Below, piece by piece: positions 1 through 9,161 of a stretch of DNA of 56,546 nt; the first letter of the stretch is position 1, and the number at the start of each line of letters is the position of its first letter. The position numbers and the translations under genes were made by a program. Source of the DNA: Candidatus Micrarchaeota archaeon (GTDB lineage: Archaea; Micrarchaeota; Micrarchaeia; Micrarchaeales; CABMGC01); the NCBI GenBank assembly GCA_027314605.1, contig DAHVAM010000001.1:1-56546 (forward strand), in the 5' to 3' direction. Below the pieces are notes generated by a model. The model had not been told where the DNA came from, made no database searches, and saw only the letters and a list, made by a program, of their open reading frames with translations.

Positions 1-357
1 AACACATTTGTAGATAATGTCCTATTAGATTCAAATGAACTTGGGAAAATAGCAGAAACAGTAGTGCATGACCATTGCACAAGATTAAAATTCAAAATAT
101 CACCACAACTAAGGCCAGAGCTTTTTTATTGGAGAGATGACAAGGGAGAAATAGACATAATCTTTGAACATCGGGGCAGACCGATTCCAATAGAAGTAAA
201 ATACAGGAATAAAATAGCTAGTGAAGACCTTAAATCAACTAAAGAGTTTGTACAAAAATATAAATCAGGCTTCGGAATATGCGTATCAAAAAACACCTTT
301 GAAATGAACGGCACAATACTTGTTATTCCTGCTTGGTTCTTTTTGATTCTATGCTGA
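1..357 (+). CDS. C-terminal part of an archaeal AAA-type ATPase with a DUF4143-like tail (5' end outside window)
   Basis: Frame 1 is open from nt 1 (NTFVDNVLLDSNELGKIAETVV...) into the 64..357 ORF. The tail ELFYWRDDKGEIDIIFEHRGRPIPIEVKYRNKI fits the restriction-endonuclease-like DUF4143 pattern. The segment is visibly AT-richer than the window core. Confidence 0.55.
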   Translation, partial: NTFVDNVLLDSNELGKIAETVVHDHCTRLKFKISPQLRPELFYWRDDKGEIDIIFEHRGRPIPIEVKYRNKIASEDLKSTKEFVQKYKSGFGICVSKNTFEMNGTILVIPAWFFLILC

Positions 358-783
358 GCGATATGGACGTGGGAGTAAAAATTGGGTTCAGATTTTCTTG
401 GATCGAACAGTCTTGGCTTAAATGGCTTTATTGCCCTATTCAATCGGTCTGAATGAAACGAATCCAAAATTTAAGCCTGGAAATTTTGGCGAGCTTATGA
501 AGAAAAATAGCGAGACAAAAGTGCTTGATTCCGATTTTCAAGAATCTGAAAATCGTGATTCAAATCCCAACAATTTCAAGCCTCGTATCTTACTTTATGC
601 TTCGGCGGCCTGGCGCGAAAAGGGCAAACGCCATTACGATAAAATGGAAGGCAATTACTGGTATCAATCTCGCTGTCTCCATATACTCCGGCCTGCATCT
701 GCCTGGAACACTGCTATCGGAAGCGCCAAGAGATAAATCGGGCTTACCGGCCTCTCCAAGCATCTCCTCTTCTCTTCTGGCGA

Positions 784-1302
784 TCAGCCAGCCGAGTTGC
801 CGTTCATGTTGACTACGTAGCCCGTCGCGTTGACCACTGCCAGTCCATCATCGGTGAAGTTGCTATCCGCTGTCGAATTATCGTCCCTCAGCGAGCCGTC
901 CACGAAATAGAGCCTCTCGCCGTCTGGCACCATGATTGTCTGGTTACCGGAGCGTCCGGCAAGCGTCATCACGATGCGCGCTGTGCCGTTAGGAAGCTGC
1001 ATGAAGCTGGGCGAGAAAGGCCCTAGCGCATTTTTCGTCTGTGCAGACAGATTGCCGGTGGATATGAGGTAAGAATAATTGTAGTAATCGGTCTGGTTGA
1101 AGCGTATTGGCACGAAGGCGCCTGTGCTCTGCGCCGACTGCGCTGTGCTATTGGCAGACCTGTTCTGGGAATTGGCAGGGGATCCTGCGCCTTTATGGCT
1201 AGTGGAGAGGATGAACCCCGCAGTCGCTATGATGATTACGGCTAACACTGCAGCAACGATGTACTTCACATCCACGATGTCACCAAATAAACACGCTGGC
1301 AA
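784..1302 (-). CDS. membrane-anchored extracellular protein with many N-x-S/T sequons, function unknown
   Basis: N-terminal hydrophobic anchor YIVAAVLAVIIIATAGFIL, then a Ser/Asn/Thr-rich ectodomain. It lies 18 nt from the sod stop on the same strand. Confidence 0.5.
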   Translation of the reverse strand: MPACLFGDIVDVKYIVAAVLAVIIIATAGFILSTSHKGAGSPANSQNRSANSTAQSAQSTGAFVPIRFNQTDYYNYSYLISTGNLSAQTKNALGPFSPSFMQLPNGTARIVMTLAGRSGNQTIMVPDGERLYFVDGSLRDDNSTADSNFTDDGLAVVNATGYVVNMNGNSAG

Positions 1303-1320
1303 TGCCCCTGGCTTCAGGGC

Positions 1321-1929
1321 CTAGACGCTTGTCTTGCCGAACCTCTTGTCCACGTCGTCCCAGTTGACCACATTCCACCAGGATTCCACGTACTTGCCCC
1401 TGTCGTTCCAGTATTGAAGGTAATAGGCATGCTCCCAGACATCAAGGCCCAAGAGTATCGGAAGGCCTGCAAGGTGCATGAAATTCTGCTTCTCTATCTG
1501 CGTCAGTACCAATTGGTCTGTCTCAGCATCATACAGCAGCAAAGCCCATCCGCTTCCCTCCACTGTCTTTGCAGCCTCCGAGAACTGGGTCTTGAACTTG
1601 TCGAAGCTCCCGAAATCCTTGTTTATCTTGTCGGCAATGCCTCCTCCTACCTTTCCTCCTCCCTTTCCTGCAGGCGCCATGTTCGGCCAGAAAATGCTGT
1701 GAAGCATATGCCCTCCGAAATTAAAGCTGTAGTCCCTGAGCACAGCCCTTATGTCTATCTGCATCTCCCCATTCCTGGATTTCTCCAATTTCTCGAGCGC
1801 AGCGTTGGCTCCGGCCACATAAGCGGCATGATGCTTGTCATGATGCAGCTTCATTATCTGCTCCGATATGTATGGCTCCAATGCATTGTATGCATATGGG
1901 AGCTGAGGAATCTCGTATTTTTTTCCCAT
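1321..1929 (-). CDS. sod: Fe/Mn superoxide dismutase
   Basis: KYEIPQLPYAYNALEPYISEQIMKLHHDKHHAAYV ... GLDVWEHAYYLQYWNDR are the hallmark Fe/Mn-SOD motifs. The first ATG is at 1929 (the ORF-track start at 1959 is TTG). A TATA-like GTATAAATAG at 1961-1970 is too close to 1959 and well placed for 1929. Confidence 0.95.
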   Translation of the reverse strand: MGKKYEIPQLPYAYNALEPYISEQIMKLHHDKHHAAYVAGANAALEKLEKSRNGEMQIDIRAVLRDYSFNFGGHMLHSIFWPNMAPAGKGGGKVGGGIADKINKDFGSFDKFKTQFSEAAKTVEGSGWALLLYDAETDQLVLTQIEKQNFMHLAGLPILLGLDVWEHAYYLQYWNDRGKYVESWWNVVNWDDVDKRFGKTSV

Positions 1930-1960
1930 TTCTAATACCCATTTGGATAGCGAATGCAAT

Positions 1961-1970
1961 CTATTTATAC
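1961..1970 (-). promoter_or_regulatory. TATA-box-like element upstream of sod
   Basis: The minus strand reads GTATAAATAG, centred about 37 nt upstream of the ATG at 1929. Confidence 0.5.
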
Positions 1971-2099
1971 CTAGCTACATCCTCCACGACGTGGCGCTAG
2001 CCTGGCGTGCGCCTGCACACTGCGGCCCCTACAGATAAGGTTTATATAGGAAAAACGGACCATCCTCATCGGAGGCAACGCAAAAGCGCAAGTGGTTAG

Positions 2100-3542
2100 A
2101 TGACGAAGGGTACCAAAACGAAACCGGCATTATCACGGCTTCCAGGAACAGACCACTTTTTTGGGGCATTTAGAAACGAGAGAGAAGCGCCTTTCCCTAT
2201 CGAAAAGCCAGTGATAAAAATAGATCCAGAGGCGAAGGTACTGAAGGTTCTGAAGGAATTGGCCTCCCCATATCCAATAGACGATCATGATAAGCTGTCC
2301 AGGATCCTGGCACAATGCGTCAACATACGCCCTGAAGTTCAAAGATACCTTCTAAAACATGGCATATGCGTAGATGTGCTGGCTGTGCATCCTAACACCG
2401 CGAAGGAGATACAACTTGCAATTATCGAAAGGGGCGCACCACTCGCGCGTGTCGTGGTCGCGCACACAAGAAACGAGGAGGTGCAGCACACAGTAGTGGC
2501 GAAAAGCGTTCTAGACCCATTCTATTCAAGACTTCTGGAGACTATGATAACCCGGAATGTGACATTATACAATACGGTTAAGCACGCCATCACGGCAGCC
2601 ATGAACGGCAAGACAATTCCTAAATGGGCAAACGAGGCTGCCGCAGAAAAGGAAGCTGTGCAGAAAGAGCTCGAAGGGGAAACCGACTCCTGGGAGGAGC
2701 AAAGAACCAAGGTTGCAGCTGCAGTGTCCAGCGGAGACATACTGGTCAACGCGGAACCAGACGGCCATGGCTCCGAGAGCGCCGAGCCTGCAGCCCCAAG
2801 CGCGGCTGAAAGAGAGAAGCCCAAGCGCCAAAGGAGGGAAAAGTATCCGATTCCGACTGCGGCTCTCCTCAATGCCGACTTCATCGTTGCCGTGGCAACT
2901 GCGCTGGAAAAACAGGCAGGCAAGCACTTCAAAAAGATCTCTGTTCTCGATTCAAAACCTGTGAGCTTCGTGTGGGAAGGCAAGAGCTACACAATAAACA
3001 TGACGGCATTTCTCAATAAGCTTGCGAGAAACGAAGAGGAAATAGGATCAGTGGGCAAGGCGAAGAAATACGTACGCATCCTACTCCAGCAGGGGCGAGG
3101 CGAGTCTGAAGAGGCCGCCAGGGGAAATAAGAGAAATTCCCGCCTAGCGGAATGTTTCTCAAGCGAAGAATTTCTTGCCTCTATGGTAACGGCCCTTCAG
3201 AGAGCCACGTCAAAGCCGATAAATAAAATAGCCGTGAACAACAACCAGAAAGCAGAGATAGAATGGAACGGCAGGACCTACGCGATTAGCATGTTCTCAT
3301 TCACGAGCAGGTACTCCAGATACATGGGGGTACAGACGCTAGGCGCGGTGAAGAGCATGCTGGTCAGGCTCGCCAATGAGAAAGGCATAGCTGAAAAACC
3401 TCCGGAAAAGGCAAAGGAGATGCAAGTGGGCAGGCGGCTAGACGCGGCTATAAGCGCCTTCAGGAAGGTGAAAGGCGAAGAGGCCCTGCAGGAATTCCTG
3501 CGCAATGCGCTCTCATCGGCGAACAGGGACAGGGGCTCCTAG
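2100..3542 (+). CDS. hypothetical protein: helical-repeat N-terminus, acidic/basic linker, two copies of a C-terminal domain of about 70 aa
   Basis: Long ORF with window-typical composition. The internal duplication is FIVAVATALEKQAGKHFKKISVLDSKPVSFVWEGKSYTINMTAFLNKL versus FLASMVTALQRATSKPINKIAVNNNQKAEIEWNGRTYAISMFSFTSRY. A TTTATATA lies at about 2041. Confidence 0.7.
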   Translation: MTKGTKTKPALSRLPGTDHFFGAFRNEREAPFPIEKPVIKIDPEAKVLKVLKELASPYPIDDHDKLSRILAQCVNIRPEVQRYLLKHGICVDVLAVHPNTAKEIQLAIIERGAPLARVVVAHTRNEEVQHTVVAKSVLDPFYSRLLETMITRNVTLYNTVKHAITAAMNGKTIPKWANEAAAEKEAVQKELEGETDSWEEQRTKVAAAVSSGDILVNAEPDGHGSESAEPAAPSAAEREKPKRQRREKYPIPTAALLNADFIVAVATALEKQAGKHFKKISVLDSKPVSFVWEGKSYTINMTAFLNKLARNEEEIGSVGKAKKYVRILLQQGRGESEEAARGNKRNSRLAECFSSEEFLASMVTALQRATSKPINKIAVNNNQKAEIEWNGRTYAISMFSFTSRYSRYMGVQTLGAVKSMLVRLANEKGIAEKPPEKAKEMQVGRRLDAAISAFRKVKGEEALQEFLRNALSSANRDRGS

Positions 3543-3582
3543 CTGCGAACATCTAAAAGGCTAAACACAGATAAAATCAATC

Positions 3583-5145
3583 ATGGCGCTTGACGAGAGA
3601 TGGCTTGGCATAGGAAGCGGCATACGCCTTCTCAACATGGAGGGCGTAGACTTCAGGGAGTACCAGCTGAACATAATCAGATCGATCCTTGAGCGGGGCA
3701 ACACCTTGGTAGTCATACCAACAGGCCTCGGAAAGACCTTCATCGGCACCGCGATAATCGCGAACGCGCTTGCAAATGGGGGCAAGGCAATACTCCTGGC
3801 GCCGACGAAACCGCTCGCCGAGCAGCACTATTCGGTTCTCACTGGAATGCTTAACATCGATCCGGAAGAGATACTCCTCCTGCTGGGCTCCACAGGCAAG
3901 GAAAAGAGAAGGGAGAGCGAATCGACTGCGAAAGTGATAATAGCGACGCCGCAGACTGTCGCGAACGACCTCAAAGGCGGCTATCTGACGCTGGACGGCT
4001 TCAAGACTGTCATATTTGACGAGTGCCACAGGGCCGTTGGAAAATACGCCTATACCTACATAGCAAACGAATGCAACCTGAAGGATATACTCATTGTCGG
4101 GCTTACTGCCTCCCCAGGAGGCAAGAAGGAGCGGATACAGGCTCTTGTGGACTCCCTCAACATAAGGCACATAGAGACGAGGATTTCCACTGATGCGGAT
4201 GTTGCAAGGTACGTGATGCCGAAAAACACTCACGTGGTGAACGTCGAGATAGGCGAGAGGCTGAGCCAGATCGCGAATCTGATCGCTCCCGAGGCCGAGG
4301 CCAGCCTTGCCGCGCTGAACAAGACCGGCCTCCTGCACTTCAAGAACTTTTCAAGGATACCTAGGGGAAGGCTGCTGCAAGTCGGCGACGAGATAAGCAA
4401 GATACAGGCCGCAAACTACAAGTTCGCGGCGATACACAGCTACGTAAAGCTCCTCAACCTCAGCCACGCCTATGACCTGCTCCTCACAGAAGGCATATAC
4501 CCGTTCCACAGGTACATGGAGAACCTTGCCGCTAGGGAGAAGAAGAGCAGGGCTGTCGAGAGCCTGCTCAGCAACAGGAACATAATCCAGGCAAGGAAGC
4601 TTGCCGATGAGGCCCTGAAGAACGGCGAGGAGCACCCGAAGGTGATCGCCGTGATAGACGTCATAAAGGACTACAAGGACAAGAGCGCCATAGTCTTCGT
4701 GCAGTACCGCTCCACAATAAAGATGCTGGTCGAGTACCTGAACAACAACGGCTTCAAGGCCAGCGCCTTCGTCGGCAAAAAGGAGGGGGTGACGCAGGAG
4801 ATGCAGAAAGCGACAATCCAGGAATTCAGGGAGGGGAAGTCAAATGTCCTCGTGGCGAGCTCGATCGCAGAGGAAGGGCTCGACATACCAAGCGTCGACG
4901 TTGTCGTATTCTACGAGCCCATACCGAGCGAGATAAGGAATATACAAAGGAGAGGAAGGACAGGAAGGTTCCGCGGAGGCGAGATATACATCCTGTGCGC
5001 TAACGGGACAAAGGATGAGGTCTACCTGAGGGTTTCCGGCCAGAGGGAGAAGAAGATGCTCACCATAATAAGGAGCATAAACGACTCACTGCAAAGAGCT
5101 CCCAGAAAAGACGACTCAAAGCAAAGCTTCCTCAGTCCAGGCTGA
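3583..5145 (+). CDS. hef: Hef/FANCM-like superfamily-2 helicase (helicase domains only, no ERCC4 nuclease domain)
   Basis: REYQLNIIRSILERGNTLVVIPTGLGKTFIG (motif I), VIFDECHRAVGKYAY (DECH), VGLTASPG, VLVASSIAEEGLDIPSVDVVVFYEP and QRRGRTGR. It stops at 520 aa, without a nuclease or HhH2 part. Confidence 0.85.
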   Translation: MALDERWLGIGSGIRLLNMEGVDFREYQLNIIRSILERGNTLVVIPTGLGKTFIGTAIIANALANGGKAILLAPTKPLAEQHYSVLTGMLNIDPEEILLLLGSTGKEKRRESESTAKVIIATPQTVANDLKGGYLTLDGFKTVIFDECHRAVGKYAYTYIANECNLKDILIVGLTASPGGKKERIQALVDSLNIRHIETRISTDADVARYVMPKNTHVVNVEIGERLSQIANLIAPEAEASLAALNKTGLLHFKNFSRIPRGRLLQVGDEISKIQAANYKFAAIHSYVKLLNLSHAYDLLLTEGIYPFHRYMENLAAREKKSRAVESLLSNRNIIQARKLADEALKNGEEHPKVIAVIDVIKDYKDKSAIVFVQYRSTIKMLVEYLNNNGFKASAFVGKKEGVTQEMQKATIQEFREGKSNVLVASSIAEEGLDIPSVDVVVFYEPIPSEIRNIQRRGRTGRFRGGEIYILCANGTKDEVYLRVSGQREKKMLTIIRSINDSLQRAPRKDDSKQSFLSPG

Positions 5146-5181
5146 AAGGACTGCCCGCGGGCCCGCTGCCAAACCCAAGAT

Positions 5182-5200
5182 GCCTGCAGCGGCAGGCTTT
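5182..5200 (+). terminator. GC hairpin plus TTT downstream of hef (possible terminator)
   Basis: GCCTGC-AGCG-GCAGGC is a perfect 6-bp stem followed by TTT, 37 nt after the hef stop. Confidence 0.35.
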
Positions 5201-5316
5201 GCCTAAACGCGCCGCCTATCGAACAGTGTCTGACTTCTTAAACGAGCCCAGATAGAAAGCTTTAATAGCCTTCTCCGGCAATACATAAACTAAAACCAAT
5301 GACATGAGGTATAACT

Positions 5317-5766
5317 ATGGCTAAATCTTCTAAGGAGGTATCGGACAAGTCACTCGAAGCTGTAAGGCTTGCGAGGCAGAGCGGAACTGTAAGGAAGGGA
5401 GTGAACGAAGTAACCAAGAGCGTCGAGCGCGGCCTTGCATCACTTGTTGTGATGGCTGAGGACGTCGAACCGCAGGAGATACTGATGCACATACCGAAGC
5501 TCTGCGACCAGAAGAAGATAGTCTATTCTTACGTCCCTACAAAGATGGACCTCGGAAAGGCCGTCGGAATAAATGTTCCATGCTCGGCAGTCGCGATAGA
5601 GAAGGCAGGAGAAGGCGAGGCTGCGATAAAGAGCATAGCGGGCATGACCACTGGAAAGGCGCCTGAGGAGAAGAAGGAGCACATCGAAAAGAAGGAAGCT
5701 GCTCCAAAGGAGCACAAGCCTAAGAAGGAAAAGGCCGCTCCCGAACCCGAACCCGCGGCACAGTGA
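5317..5766 (+). CDS. rpl7ae: 50S ribosomal protein L7Ae (K-turn binding) with a Lys/Glu/Pro-rich C-terminal extension
   Basis: RKGVNEVTKSVERGLASLVVMAEDVEPQEILMHIPKLCDQKKIVYSYVPTKMDLGKAVG is a canonical L7Ae core. About 35 extra residues follow (APEEKKEHIEKKEAAPKEHKPKKEKAAPEPEPAAQ). Confidence 0.93.
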   Translation: MAKSSKEVSDKSLEAVRLARQSGTVRKGVNEVTKSVERGLASLVVMAEDVEPQEILMHIPKLCDQKKIVYSYVPTKMDLGKAVGINVPCSAVAIEKAGEGEAAIKSIAGMTTGKAPEEKKEHIEKKEAAPKEHKPKKEKAAPEPEPAAQ

Positions 5767-5772
5767 TTTTGA

Positions 5773-6084
5773 ATGGCAGAAGAAGCTAACGATGAAAAGG
5801 GGAAGCCTCACTCAGGAGGAAAGGCAGCGCCACAGGCCCAGGCAGGGCAGCGTGCTCCGCCTGTAGAGGGCTCCAGATTTGAAGGATTCCTTGCAGAGGT
5901 AGTCGGCGTCGAGCCTGCAAGGACGGGGATATACGGGGAGATAAAGCAGGCGATGTGCAAGATACTTGAAGGGAGGGACAAGGGTAGAGTAATAAGAAGG
6001 AATTTCGCCGGAAGGATAAAGAAGGGAGACCTTATACGACTTCCTGACACAAGCAGAGAGGACAAGAGGATAATCGCAAGGTAG
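5773..6084 (+). CDS. rps28e: 30S ribosomal protein S28e with an N-terminal low-complexity extension of about 30 aa
   Basis: AEVVGVEPARTGIYGEIKQAMCKILEGRDKGRVIRRNFAGRIKKGDLIRLPDTSRED matches the S28e core. It starts 6 nt after rpl7ae, in the conserved L7Ae-S28e-L24e order. Confidence 0.9.
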   Translation: MAEEANDEKGKPHSGGKAAPQAQAGQRAPPVEGSRFEGFLAEVVGVEPARTGIYGEIKQAMCKILEGRDKGRVIRRNFAGRIKKGDLIRLPDTSREDKRIIAR

Positions 6085-6093
6085 GCGCTCTAA

Positions 6094-6240
6094 ATGAAAT
6101 GCTCATACTGTTCAACTGAAATAGAGAAAGGCACAGGTTTCGCATACGTGCGGAGGAACGGTGTAGTGAGATACTACTGCTCCGGCAGATGCAAGAAACT
6201 GAACCTGGACCACAACAGGAAGATGAGAGGGCCGTCTTAA
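6094..6240 (+). CDS. rpl24e: 50S ribosomal protein L24e (48 aa, below the ORF-track cut-off)
   Basis: Hand translation gives MKCSYCSTEIEKGTGFAYVRRNGVVRYYCSGRCKKLNLDHNRKMRGPS, with a C-x2-C...C-x3-C zinc ribbon and the G-x-G...V...G...Y(F)CS.KC pattern of L24e. It lies 9 nt after rps28e. Confidence 0.85.
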   Translation: MKCSYCSTEIEKGTGFAYVRRNGVVRYYCSGRCKKLNLDHNRKMRGPS

Positions 6241-6423
6241 TCCTTCTCCGATGCTTCATTCCTGCCGCTGCACAAATCCTGCAATCCTATCTGCGATCCA
6301 GACTGTGTCAATAGACGAAGAGGCTCCAGTTTCCCGCCTGGCAAGCAGGCTGCCTGAAGGATGGCGCAGCGCCAACGCCTTTCTCGGATAATGCTAAATA
6401 TTTTTTCAGTCGTATCATAATGG

Positions 6424-7047
6424 ATGGGTGTGGACAGGCGCTATACAATAGAGGACGGGGCGCGGCTTGTAAAGGCTGCGCGAGAGGCGATAGAGCTCAA
6501 GCTACTGTCCCCGCGCTTCAGGCCGCAGATGGTGGAGAGAAACCTGGAGGGCTTCAACGACGAGCATGGCGTCTTCGTGGCAATAGCCCATTATCCCACG
6601 AATGAACTGAGGGGAATAGTCGGCTTCACCAGCCCAGAAGCGCCTCTCGGAAGATCCCTAGTCGAAGCAGCAGTCAAGGCCGCCGAAGATCCCAGGTTTG
6701 TTCCCCTGTCGCACATGGAATTCGATCATGTGGTGGTAAGGGTGAGCACGCTCTCAAAGCCGGAGCTGCTCCGCAATGACGACTACGAAGCCATAAAAAG
6801 CGAGATAGAACTGGGCAGGGACGGAATGGCCATAGCGTCGGGATACCATACGGGGGTAATGCTGCCCTTCATGGCCATGAAGAACAACTGGAGCACAGAC
6901 GAGTTCCTCGCGCATCTCTGCATCGAGGCCGGGCTGCAGGCGCATTCCTGGAAGAATCCCAAGGTTATACTCAGCAAGTTCCGGACGCAGACCTTCAGGG
7001 AGACTGTCCCGAGAGGCAGGGTGGACGAGGAAATAATACTATCATAG
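6424..7047 (+). CDS. AMMECR1-domain protein
   Basis: GARLVKAAREAIE ... HGVFVAIAHYPTNELRGIVGFTSPEAPLGRSLVEAAVKAAEDPRFVPL ... GVMLPFMA. The usual RGCIG motif reads RGIVG here. Confidence 0.85.
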   Translation: MGVDRRYTIEDGARLVKAAREAIELKLLSPRFRPQMVERNLEGFNDEHGVFVAIAHYPTNELRGIVGFTSPEAPLGRSLVEAAVKAAEDPRFVPLSHMEFDHVVVRVSTLSKPELLRNDDYEAIKSEIELGRDGMAIASGYHTGVMLPFMAMKNNWSTDEFLAHLCIEAGLQAHSWKNPKVILSKFRTQTFRETVPRGRVDEEIILS

Positions 7048-7070
7048 CGCCCTCCCGCCGGCTGGTCCTC

Positions 7071-8129
7071 ATGCGCACCATAATGCTTATCGACATGGAC
7101 TATTTCTTCGCGGCATGCGAGGAGATAAAGAGGCCGGAGCTGAAGACAAGGCCCACCATAGTGGGCGCGGACCCCAAGGAGGGCAGGGGGCGCGGTGTCG
7201 TCATGACGTGCAATTATGTCGCAAGGAAGTTCGGCATCCACAGCGCCATGCCGATCTCCACGGCCTACAAGATAAAGCCCGATGCCGAGTATCTTCCTGT
7301 GGACTATTCCTACTATGAGAAGAAATCCGGCGAAGTGCTATCCATAATACGCGAGTACTCCGCGCTTGTCGAACAGGTCAGCATAGACGAGTTCTTCGCC
7401 GACGTTTCAGGCAAGGCGGGGAGCTATGACGAGGCGCTTTCCTACGCGGAGCAGATAAAGAGCGCTGTCAGGGAGAAGGCGAAGCTCCCGTGCTCCATAG
7501 GGATCAGCAACACAAAGCTTGTCGCGAAGATGGCGTGCGAGAAGGCAAAGCCTAACGGGATAAAGCTGGTCAAGCCAGACGAGGCGAAGAGTTTCCTCGC
7601 GCAGCTTCCCGTGGGCGAGCTCTACGGGGTCGGCAAGAAAACCGAAGAGAAACTGGAGAAAATGGGCTACAAGACCGTGGGCGAGCTGGCCAAGGCCAGC
7701 GTCATGGACCTCATGGATCATTTCAACGCATTCGGGCTTGAGCTGCACAACTCCGCAAACGCGATAGACGAAAGCGAGGTCGTCGAGAATTATGAAGTCA
7801 AGTCGATAAGCAGGGAGTTCACCTTCGAGCACGACACAAGGAAAGACGACGAGATCACAAAGGAGATAAAGGAGCTCTCATCCCAGGTGGGCAAGGATGT
7901 CGCAGGCAGGAGCCTCTCCTACAGGGTGGTTACCTTGAAACTGCGATACGGCGATTTCATAGAGCATCTTCACAGCAGGAGCATAAGGCAGACCAGCAAC
8001 CCTGAGGAGATCGCCAAAACCGCAGTGGAACTTTACAGGGAAAATGTCGATTCCTCGAAAAAAATAAGGAAACTTGGGGTCAGGGCTTCGGGCTTTACCG
8101 AATACAAGAACCAGAAGAAGCTTTTCTAG
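7071..8129 (+). CDS. dinB: Y-family DNA polymerase IV (Dbh/Dpo4/DinB type)
   Basis: IMLIDMDYFFAACEEIKRPELKTRP, VSIDEFFADVS, CSIGISNTKLVAKMACEKAKPNG and LPVGELYGVGKKTEEKL. Confidence 0.92.
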   Translation: MRTIMLIDMDYFFAACEEIKRPELKTRPTIVGADPKEGRGRGVVMTCNYVARKFGIHSAMPISTAYKIKPDAEYLPVDYSYYEKKSGEVLSIIREYSALVEQVSIDEFFADVSGKAGSYDEALSYAEQIKSAVREKAKLPCSIGISNTKLVAKMACEKAKPNGIKLVKPDEAKSFLAQLPVGELYGVGKKTEEKLEKMGYKTVGELAKASVMDLMDHFNAFGLELHNSANAIDESEVVENYEVKSISREFTFEHDTRKDDEITKEIKELSSQVGKDVAGRSLSYRVVTLKLRYGDFIEHLHSRSIRQTSNPEEIAKTAVELYRENVDSSKKIRKLGVRASGFTEYKNQKKLF

Positions 8130-8146
8130 AATCCGCGGCAGAGGAA

Positions 8147-9085
8147 TTAGGGGGAATTGCTTCTCTCGTAATCCAACTTCGCTATGTATTCCCTGACGTG
8201 GAGGGCGCACTTAACTCCGCTGCTGCTCGCGGTTATCGCCTGCCTGTAAACCTTGTCTGCCACGTCTCCCGCCACGTAAACCCCTTCTATGTCGGTGAGA
8301 ACCTCATCATTGGTTATGATATAGCCTTGGTCGTCAAGCTTCATCTTTCCCCTGAAGACAGTTGTGTTCGGGGCGTAGCCTATCGCCATGAAAACGCCGT
8401 CTATCGGCATCTCAGAAATCTGGCCTGTCTCCAGGTTCTTCAATCTGACTCCTGTAACCTTCTGGTCGCCCAATATCTCCTCCACTGCGGAATTCCAGAT
8501 GACCTTGATCTTCCTGTTCGCGGAGGTCCTGTCCTGCATTATCTTGCTCGCCCTGAACGAGTCCCTTCTATGGACTATTGTCACGCTGTTCGCAAAATTA
8601 GTTATGAAATTGGCATCCTCCATCGCCGTGTCTCCGCCGCCGACGACTATGACCTCCTTGCCCTTGAAAAACGGGCCGTCGCATGTGCCGCAAGTCGAGA
8701 CTCCCCTGCCTATGAACCTTTTCTCCGATTCGATTCCAAGCATCTTCGCGTTTGCGCCTGTAGCTATTATTACGCTCTCAGTCTCGTATTCACTCCCTCC
8801 GGCAGTTATCTTAAACGGCCTCGATGAGAAATCCACTGAGCTGACGTCTTCGTAGACAAACCTCGTCCCGAATCTCTCTGACTGCTTCTTCATCTTCTGG
8901 ACGAGCTCGGGTCCCATGACTCCTTCGGGGAAGGCTGGGAAGTTCTCCACCACTGTAGTCAGCTCAAGCTGGCCTCCGCCTGTCGAGCCCGCGAGTACGA
9001 GGGGCTTGAAGCCTTCCCTCGCGGTGTATATGGCGGCAGAAAGGCCCGCAGGGCCCGATCCTATTATTATTACCTTCTCGACCAT
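8147..9085 (-). CDS. trxB: thioredoxin-disulfide reductase
   Basis: MVEKVIIIGSGPAGLSAAIY (FAD GxGxxG), redox-active CGTCDG (in GVSTCGTCDGPFF), second dinucleotide fold VVGGGDTAMEDA, and GVYVAGDV. The start was chosen at M14 of the ORF (cat at 9083-9085). Confidence 0.93.
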   Translation of the reverse strand: MVEKVIIIGSGPAGLSAAIYTAREGFKPLVLAGSTGGGQLELTTVVENFPAFPEGVMGPELVQKMKKQSERFGTRFVYEDVSSVDFSSRPFKITAGGSEYETESVIIATGANAKMLGIESEKRFIGRGVSTCGTCDGPFFKGKEVIVVGGGDTAMEDANFITNFANSVTIVHRRDSFRASKIMQDRTSANRKIKVIWNSAVEEILGDQKVTGVRLKNLETGQISEMPIDGVFMAIGYAPNTTVFRGKMKLDDQGYIITNDEVLTDIEGVYVAGDVADKVYRQAITASSSGVKCALHVREYIAKLDYERSNSP

Positions 9086-9161
9086 CGTTACACTTTGATT
9101 AGGATAACCTTTCGGTGCGAACACTTATTTAAGCCTTAACATTTGATTCGTCAGTGGCGAC

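Noticed and set aside
358-783. AT-rich stretch of about 425 nt with only weak ORFs (422..736, 525..812) after the DUF4143 ATPase fragment
   Set aside because: It has no convincing coding signal, repeat or RNA fold. It may be degraded or mobile-element-associated DNA, but I found no inverted or direct repeats or transposase remnants to support that.
3577-4338. 253-aa ORF antisense to the Hef-like helicase, and similar long antisense ORFs (e.g. 21096..21656, 18182..18742, 36593..37060, 46917..47420)
   Set aside because: Each fully overlaps a gene with clear family motifs on the other strand and shows Arg/Leu/Pro/Ser-biased shadow-frame composition.
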